This document shows, in pieces, positions 58,912-64,000 of a stretch of DNA of 64,000 nt (positions are counted from its first letter, which is position 1; each line of letters starts with the position of its first letter). Source of the DNA: an uncultured Clostridia bacterium (GTDB taxonomy: Bacteria; Bacillota; Clostridia; Christensenellales; UBA1242); NCBI GenBank assembly GCA_937992055.1, contig CALKLQ010000055.1, forward strand, positions 362 through 64,361. The letters run 5' to 3'. The notes under the pieces are model-generated. The model made no database searches. It was not told where the DNA came from and was given only the letters and a program-made list of their open reading frames with translations. A program made the position numbers and the translations under genes.

Positions 58912-59439
58912 TTATTTGCATTCAGTTATTACTCGCTTATTTAATATTTTTTCAATATCCTCTCTTGCTTCCGGCATAATAAATTTTTTATATTTTTCAT
59001 ATTCTTGTCGTATGTTTGTTCCGTGGACATTAATTGCATCTCTATCTATTGGGACAAACGTACACTGCGGAAAAAATTTATTAAGTTCCCTATAGCTTTC
59101 ATCTGCATATTTGTAATTAACCTCATATGGAACGCTTTTCCAAAATAATTTTGCGTAATCACTCATAAAATCTTTTGAGTTAACAATCTTTGACTCATCT
59201 ATCAGTGCAAAATGGATTTTTTTATTGTTTTTATAATGTCTTTTAAACCAATTGAGCCTTTGATTTGAATTGAAATAAGGGAAATTTGCCTCTTCACATT
59301 GTTTTTTACTTTTTTCAGGATTATCGGAAACGACAACAACACATTCATCACATTGTTTTAATACTTTATCAATAATGCTTAAATGCCCCATATGAGGTGG
59401 AAGAAATTTTCCAACAAATGCTCCTATTTTCTTAGCCAT
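58912..59439 (-). CDS. nicotinamide/nicotinate mononucleotide adenylyltransferase-like nucleotidyltransferase
   Basis: 175 aa. GKFLPPHMGHLS is a (H/T)xGH motif, and the C-terminal VHGTNIRQ is an ISxTxIR-like motif. Lies inside the NAD operon. Confidence 0.7.
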   Translation of the reverse strand: MAKKIGAFVGKFLPPHMGHLSIIDKVLKQCDECVVVVSDNPEKSKKQCEEANFPYFNSNQRLNWFKRHYKNNKKIHFALIDESKIVNSKDFMSDYAKLFWKSVPYEVNYKYADESYRELNKFFPQCTFVPIDRDAINVHGTNIRQEYEKYKKFIMPEAREDIEKILNKRVITECK

Positions 59440-60025
59440 TTTTAACCTCCAAAAATTTATTCTTATAGTAAAATAACTTTAATTGCAAGGCGCTTTGAAG
59501 TCCAAAATTGTGGTTGTCTACAAAGTTTAAAATATAATTTAATTCTATTTGGAAATAAGTTATATCCTCATCCACTTCCAGTTTTTGTTTTTTATCTAAC
59601 AAGACCTCCGCCTCAAAACATTCCACGGACTCGTCGCTAATACCCGCGCTTGTAAAACTATTTGCTTGAACTTTCTTCAAATTAATCACACTTGCACCTA
59701 TTTCCTCCTCTAATTCTCTCTTTACTGCCATGATAGGTTCTTCATTTTCCTCTACTAGTCCCGCTGGCAAGCCAAAAATATAATCATTTATTGCATACCT
59801 AAATTCCTTAATAACCACAAGGTAAATTTTATTATTTTTTTTGATATAAGGCAGAATTCTAACCGCGTCAACTATATCTTTAGATTTTGATTCCAAAGTT
59901 TGAAATTTTCTTCTTGAGGCAAAATAGTATTCTTTTTGTCTATTTTCATCCAAAATATATGTATATTTGTACAAATTTAAATATTTAACATTTGTAAGTT
60001 TTTTTATATTCACTAACTTTTTCAT
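59432..60025 (-). CDS. Nudix hydrolase (ADP-ribose pyrophosphatase-like)
   Basis: Intact Nudix box G-LVEEN-E-EPIMAVK-RELEEEIG. Overlaps both neighbours. Confidence 0.8.
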   Translation of the reverse strand: MKKLVNIKKLTNVKYLNLYKYTYILDENRQKEYYFASRRKFQTLESKSKDIVDAVRILPYIKKNNKIYLVVIKEFRYAINDYIFGLPAGLVEENEEPIMAVKRELEEEIGASVINLKKVQANSFTSAGISDESVECFEAEVLLDKKQKLEVDEDITYFQIELNYILNFVDNHNFGLQSALQLKLFYYKNKFLEVKNG

Positions 60026-60600
60026 AATATCTTCTCGAATTTATCAAAATTTTGAATTAATGCGCCCATTTTTTTCATATTCATAAGGGCTTTTTTATGA
60101 AGAATTTCTGCATTGTGATTCTCACTATTAAAGGTGTAGCAAGCGTTTTCATAAACAATTACTTTTGTAAAAAGATTGTTAGATTTAATATAATTAAGAT
60201 AACTTGACACAAAATTGATAACACAAATATCTGTGCAACATCCACATACAAAAACGTTGTCAAAATTGTTATTATTTATTAACCTTTTAAACTCTGGCGT
60301 TATAAAACCATTTGTTGTGTTTTTGTCTATAATATGGTCAAATAACTTTTCATATCTTTTCAGTTCAGGGATCAACTCACTTTCCTCACTACTCTTTATG
60401 CAATGAGGCGGGAAATCCTTAAATTCCTCATCAAAGACTTCATGGCAGTCTTTAAAAGCCACTACTTTATAATTGTTTTGTTTAGCTTTATTTATAGCAT
60501 TAACAATAGTAGGGGTAATTTTATTAATATTTTTATCTGCCAATGCCCCAAAATTAACAAAACCATTGACCATATCAATTACAACTAATAAATTTTTCAT
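60022..60600 (-). CDS. pncA: isochorismatase-family cysteine hydrolase, nicotinamidase-like
   Basis: 192 aa. LLVVIDMVNGF and VFVCGCCTDICV (catalytic Cys context). First gene of the operon with pncB. AAGGAG RBS. Confidence 0.75.
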   Translation of the reverse strand: MKNLLVVIDMVNGFVNFGALADKNINKITPTIVNAINKAKQNNYKVVAFKDCHEVFDEEFKDFPPHCIKSSEESELIPELKRYEKLFDHIIDKNTTNGFITPEFKRLINNNNFDNVFVCGCCTDICVINFVSSYLNYIKSNNLFTKVIVYENACYTFNSENHNAEILHKKALMNMKKMGALIQNFDKFEKIL

Positions 60601-61060
60601 TTAAATTTCTCCTTATAAATTAAAATTTGATTTTTTTATACAAAGTTGAAAACAAGTCATTTGCAGCTGGCACAATAAATAAAATTATTGATTTAACGTT
60701 TATAACACAAAATAAAACTAAAATTTTTTAAACCTAGAATTGCCCATATTGTTCAAAGAATCTATAATCAATTTTTACAACGAAGCAATATAAATCATAC
60801 TTATAAATCTATAACATCTCGTTTAGTTTGTGAGATATATAAAAATATAATTCACTTAAACAAAAAGTCTTCTGCTGCATTTGATTTTAAATTTGCGAAT
60901 CTTGCAAACCAATAATGATATTTATAAAATTCAAAAAAATTAATTATTTACCAGGCAATTCCTTAAATGCCTTGAATATCATACTCATTATGCTCAACAT
61001 TAGTCCTCAACCTTTAATTGATTACTAAAATTATTACCTCCCTTTTTTGTTATTTTCATT

Positions 61061-61073
61061 ATGATAATATCAT
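61061..61073. promoter_or_regulatory. perfect palindrome ATGATA-A-TATCAT (operator candidate 1)
   Basis: Read directly. The arms atgata / tatcat are exact reverse complements. Confidence 0.4.
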
Positions 61074-61109
61074 ATTAAAATTATATTGTCAATAAATTTT
61101 ATAAACTTG

Positions 61110-61140
61110 TTGACATTTTTTTATTAGTCTGATATTATCA
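61110..61140 (+). promoter_or_regulatory. promoter TTGACA-17-TATTAT with overlapping palindrome TGATA-T-TATCA (operator candidate 2)
   Basis: TTGACA at 61110..61115, a 17-nt spacer, and TATTAT at 61133..61138. The palindrome at 61130..61140 covers the -10 box. Lies 30 nt upstream of the GTG start of the prs-like gene. Confidence 0.5.
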
Positions 61141-61170
61141 CAATGAAAATATATTGTAGGAGAGAAAAAA

Positions 61171-61980
61171 GTGTTAATTAACAAACGTGAGTTTACTCCA
61201 AAAAGATTTTCTAGCGGTGAATTGAAGTTATTAAAAAGCCAACTTGATGAATTTATAAAACAAAATAGAGTTGAAATTTTGTATGAAAACGATTTTAATA
61301 TTTTTGAACTTTTTTTAATAATTGATTATTATAAGAAAAAAAAGGTCAATATAGATTTAATTTTAAGCTATCTTCCCTATCAAAGAATGGAACATAAAGG
61401 AAGAGATGAGTTGGACACTGTTAGTTATGTCGCAAATTTGTTTAATAGCTTTAACTTAGATTCTATAACCTTATGCGAACCTCATTGTGATATAAATTGC
61501 TTTATGAACTCCAAAAAAATAAGTTTTATACATGAATTAAAAGCTAAAATTTTTAAAGAAATTAATTTTGATTTAAAAAATGACTATGTCGTATTAACTG
61601 ATAAAGGCGGTTACAAAAAATATAAAAATATAGCTCAAAACATGGTATACTTTAACAAGGAAAGAGATTTCCAAACCGGGCTTATAATTAATCAAAATAT
61701 AGTTGGAAAAATTGATGTAAGTAAAAAAATCTTAATTATAGATGACATAATTTCCACGGGAGATACAATTGTCAATATTATACAATATTTAACTACACTT
61801 GGAGCCAAAGAAATTTACATCTTTTCCGCACATTTAGAAAACAATAAGTTTAATAAACGAATAGAGGAATTTTTTAATGTTAAAAAAATATTTGCAACAA
61901 ATAGCTTAAAAAAACAAGGTACTAAAAAAATTAAATTATATGACATAAGGAAGATTATTTATGGAAACAAAGATTATTAA
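61171..61980 (+). CDS. ribose-phosphate pyrophosphokinase-like phosphoribosyltransferase
   Basis: GTG start after an AGGAGA RBS. 269 aa. PRPP-binding loop ILIIDDIISTGDTIV. The upstream LPYQRMEH resembles the Prs [FY]ARQDR region but is divergent. Confidence 0.6.
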   Translation: MLINKREFTPKRFSSGELKLLKSQLDEFIKQNRVEILYENDFNIFELFLIIDYYKKKKVNIDLILSYLPYQRMEHKGRDELDTVSYVANLFNSFNLDSITLCEPHCDINCFMNSKKISFIHELKAKIFKEINFDLKNDYVVLTDKGGYKKYKNIAQNMVYFNKERDFQTGLIINQNIVGKIDVSKKILIIDDIISTGDTIVNIIQYLTTLGAKEIYIFSAHLENNKFNKRIEEFFNVKKIFATNSLKKQGTKKIKLYDIRKIIYGNKDY

Positions 61981-62707
61981 TAAATTGATTGATTGGATAA
62001 AAGATTATGTTAACTCTGTAAATGCAAAAGGTGTTGTTATTGGAATGAGCGGAGGAAAAGATAGTTTAGTAGTTGCAAAATTATGCATAATGGCGTTAGG
62101 CAATGACAATGTTTATGGGCTCATCTTGCCAAATGGAGAAATGAGCGATATACAGGATGCCATTAAGTCTTGTGAGTTATTAAATTTAAAATATAGCATT
62201 ATAAACATACAAAACGCTTTTAATAGTATTATTGAAAATGTAAGCAACATTTTGCCAGGAAAATCTTTGTCTAGCATAACTACACTTAATACAGCGCCAA
62301 GACTTAGAATGACAACCCTCTATGCCCTTGCTGGAAGTTTAAACTATTTAGTTGTAAACACCTCAAATTTGAGTGAAACTATGATAGGATATTGTACAAA
62401 ATGGGGTGATAATGTTGGAGACTTTGCACCAATTGCAAATTTTACTAAGACTGAGGTTTGCGAGATGGGTTTAATGCTTGGCTTGCCAAATGAACTCGTC
62501 AATAAAACTCCAAGTGATGGATTATCCGGAATGAGTGATGAAACAAAATTGGGATTTTCGTACGAAGAACTGGATAATTTTATAAGAACTGGTAAAAAAG
62601 CTTCTAATTTTGATAAAATCAATAGATTATATAATACAACAAAGCACAAACGCGACCAAATTAACAAGTTCCAAAATAGTTTTATTAATTATTTTGAATT
62701 AAATTAA
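61961..62707 (+). CDS. nadE: NH3-dependent NAD+ synthetase
   Basis: 248 aa. VVIGMSGGKDSLVVAKL PP-loop, TSNLSETMIGYCTKWGD, and DGLSGMSDETKLGFSYEELD. Confidence 0.9.
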   Translation: METKIINKLIDWIKDYVNSVNAKGVVIGMSGGKDSLVVAKLCIMALGNDNVYGLILPNGEMSDIQDAIKSCELLNLKYSIINIQNAFNSIIENVSNILPGKSLSSITTLNTAPRLRMTTLYALAGSLNYLVVNTSNLSETMIGYCTKWGDNVGDFAPIANFTKTEVCEMGLMLGLPNELVNKTPSDGLSGMSDETKLGFSYEELDNFIRTGKKASNFDKINRLYNTTKHKRDQINKFQNSFINYFELN

Positions 62708-62725
62708 AATACAAAGGAGAAAAAA

Positions 62726-63478
62726 TTGAAGGATTTTTATGGATATTTATCTCGAATGGAAAATTCCATTCAAGACAAGTTATTTTTTATTGACAAAGTA
62801 AATTTAGATGACTATGATTTTGTTATCGATTTTGGATGTGCAAATGGCAAACTTATTTCAAATCTCATTGAAATATATCCAAACCTTAATTTTATTGGTT
62901 ATGATAAAAATGAAAAAATGCTAGAACAAGCCAACAAAAGCATAAACAACAAAAATGTTTCTTTTGTTAGTTCCCTTGATTTCATATCTATGTCAAATTT
63001 AAAATTTGTGCTTATTTTTAGTTCGGTACTACATGAAATTGAGGAGAATGAACTTCAAGACATAATAGATTTAATGAAAAAGTCGTCTTGCATTATAATA
63101 CGTGATATGTATTTTGACGATTCTAAAGATTTCAAAATAGATATAAACAAAATAATTCCTTCCACAAAACAAGATAAATATTTTGTAGATTTTGAATTGA
63201 AATATGGCAAAATCAATAATCTTAAAAGATTATATCACTATTTTCTTAAATATACTTATACTTCCAATTGGGAAAGTGAATTGTTAGAAAATTATTTTAG
63301 CGTTCAATATGATACAATAATAAAACAATTGAATAATTTTAAAATTATTTACGATGAAAAGTTTACTCTACCATTCAAGCAAAAAGAGGTCTTATTGAAT
63401 TTCAATTATAATTTAGATAAACCAACACATAGAAAATTAATAATTAAAAAAATGGAGAATGAAAATGCTAAGCAATGA
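62726..63478 (+). CDS. class I SAM-dependent methyltransferase
   Basis: Motif I VIDFGCANGKL, then IGYDKNEKM and VLIFSSVLHEI. Embedded in the NAD cluster. Ends in TGA, overlapping the next start. Confidence 0.65.
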   Translation: MKDFYGYLSRMENSIQDKLFFIDKVNLDDYDFVIDFGCANGKLISNLIEIYPNLNFIGYDKNEKMLEQANKSINNKNVSFVSSLDFISMSNLKFVLIFSSVLHEIEENELQDIIDLMKKSSCIIIRDMYFDDSKDFKIDINKIIPSTKQDKYFVDFELKYGKINNLKRLYHYFLKYTYTSNWESELLENYFSVQYDTIIKQLNNFKIIYDEKFTLPFKQKEVLLNFNYNLDKPTHRKLIIKKMENENAKQ

Positions 63479-64000
63479 AGATGAAAAATTTTTAGAACTT
63501 TATAGTGACAGCGAATATGAAAAGCCAAGTGTAACCGTTGATGCAGTTGTATTTAGAATAAAAAGTATCGCAAATTCCAATTATCGAAAACTACCTGAAA
63601 AAAAACTTCAAGTTTTTTTAACTCAAAGGCAATATCCTCCTTTTAAAGGAAGCTACTCAATTATTGGAACCTTTATTGACCTAAAACACGAACTTAGTGA
63701 TACAATGAAACTTTGCGTTAAAAAAAAGGTTGGTCTTAAAAATTTTTACAGTGAACAACTTTTCACTTTTGGCGATAGAGCTAGAGACCCAAGGTCAAGA
63801 ATTTTAAGTGTAAGCTATCTTCTTTTAACCGATTGCAATGAAAAACTTATTAATGGAGAATGGTTTGATGTAAACTTAAAAGAAGTCATTTCAAAAATTG
63901 AAAAGATTGAAAATGGATACATCATTTCAAAAACATTTCAATTAGATTTAGTGGGAGAAAATACAAAACTTACTAATATAATTGAATTAAATGTAAAAAA
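63465..64000 (+). CDS. NrtR-like Nudix-related regulator (partial; 3' end beyond the window)
   Basis: Absent from the ORF track because there is no stop in the window. My translation from ATG 63465 gives MLSNEDEKFLELYSDSEYEKPSVTVDAVVFRIK...LQVFLTQRQYPPFKGSYSIIGTFIDLKHELSDTMKLCVKKKVGL...EQLFTFGDRARDPRSRILSVSYLLL. This follows the NrtR/ADPRase layout, but the Nudix box is degenerate (KLCVKKK in place of RExxEE), as in non-catalytic NrtR regulators. Confidence 0.6.
   Translation, partial: MLSNEDEKFLELYSDSEYEKPSVTVDAVVFRIKSIANSNYRKLPEKKLQVFLTQRQYPPFKGSYSIIGTFIDLKHELSDTMKLCVKKKVGLKNFYSEQLFTFGDRARDPRSRILSVSYLLLTDCNEKLINGEWFDVNLKEVISKIEKIENGYIISKTFQLDLVGENTKLTNIIELNVK

Noticed and set aside
60940-61000. 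18-codon minus-strand ORF (MLSIMSMIFKAFKELPGK) with a GAGGA RBS as a leader peptide
   Set aside because: It is too short and unconserved to support. Mentioned only within the long-leader finding.
1-64000. CRISPR arrays, reverse transcriptase/DGR, transposases, rRNA genes and Mycoplasma-type TGA=Trp recoding
   Set aside because: I saw no regularly spaced short repeats, no RT or transposase-like ORFs and no rRNA-like sequence. Trp at a conserved RpoC position (HIWFF) is TGG, and TGA ends at least one confident ORF (62726..63478), so the standard code 11 is assumed.

Overview
This is a strongly AT-rich chromosomal segment (judged by eye, not computed) from a low-GC Bacillota or Mollicutes-related bacterium. 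It reads cleanly with the standard bacterial code: the giant ORFs are uninterrupted, Trp at a conserved RpoC position is TGG, and TGA occurs as a stop.

Gene order, left to right:
- A partial lipoprotein gene (absent from the ORF track), a frameshifted small gene, a small membrane protein and tRNA-Thr(GGU).
- rpoC and rpoB on the minus strand, with their own promoter.
- Two tandem, co-oriented giant lipoprotein genes of 3277 aa and 6078 aa. Together they span 28,071 nt, about 44 percent of the window. They are built from Ig-like modules, many GLUG-type repeats and a poly-glycine block.
- Housekeeping genes: ttcA-like, spoIIID, aspS, glyA, a processive GT2 glycosyltransferase and asnS.
- tRNA-Leu(CAA), followed by a roughly 9 kb phage-derived island at 45.5-54.4 kb.
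- A peptidase S51 gene, an MBL hydrolase gene and two hypothetical genes.
- An NAD salvage cluster (pncA, Nudix, NMNAT, pncB, then divergently prs-like, nadE, a methyltransferase and an NrtR-like regulator) with palindromic operator candidates.

The most interesting region is the island. It has a P27-type small terminase and two ParB-like genes, but no large terminase, capsid or integrase gene. Between them lies an accreted array of small toxin-like and immunity-like cassettes. The toxin-like ORFs start with KFNLQLF-GGGG, which resembles the Prp protease cleavage leader of ribosomal protein L27 and of staphylococcal phage capsid proteins. The array holds one intact copy, one copy killed by a nonsense codon and one C-terminal stub. 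Each is followed by a small partner ORF. The junctions carry duplicated homology blocks, including three copies of the 5' end of a radical SAM gene, two of them remnants.

Everything here comes from reading the sequence. No database search was run, so family names are recalled motif matches.
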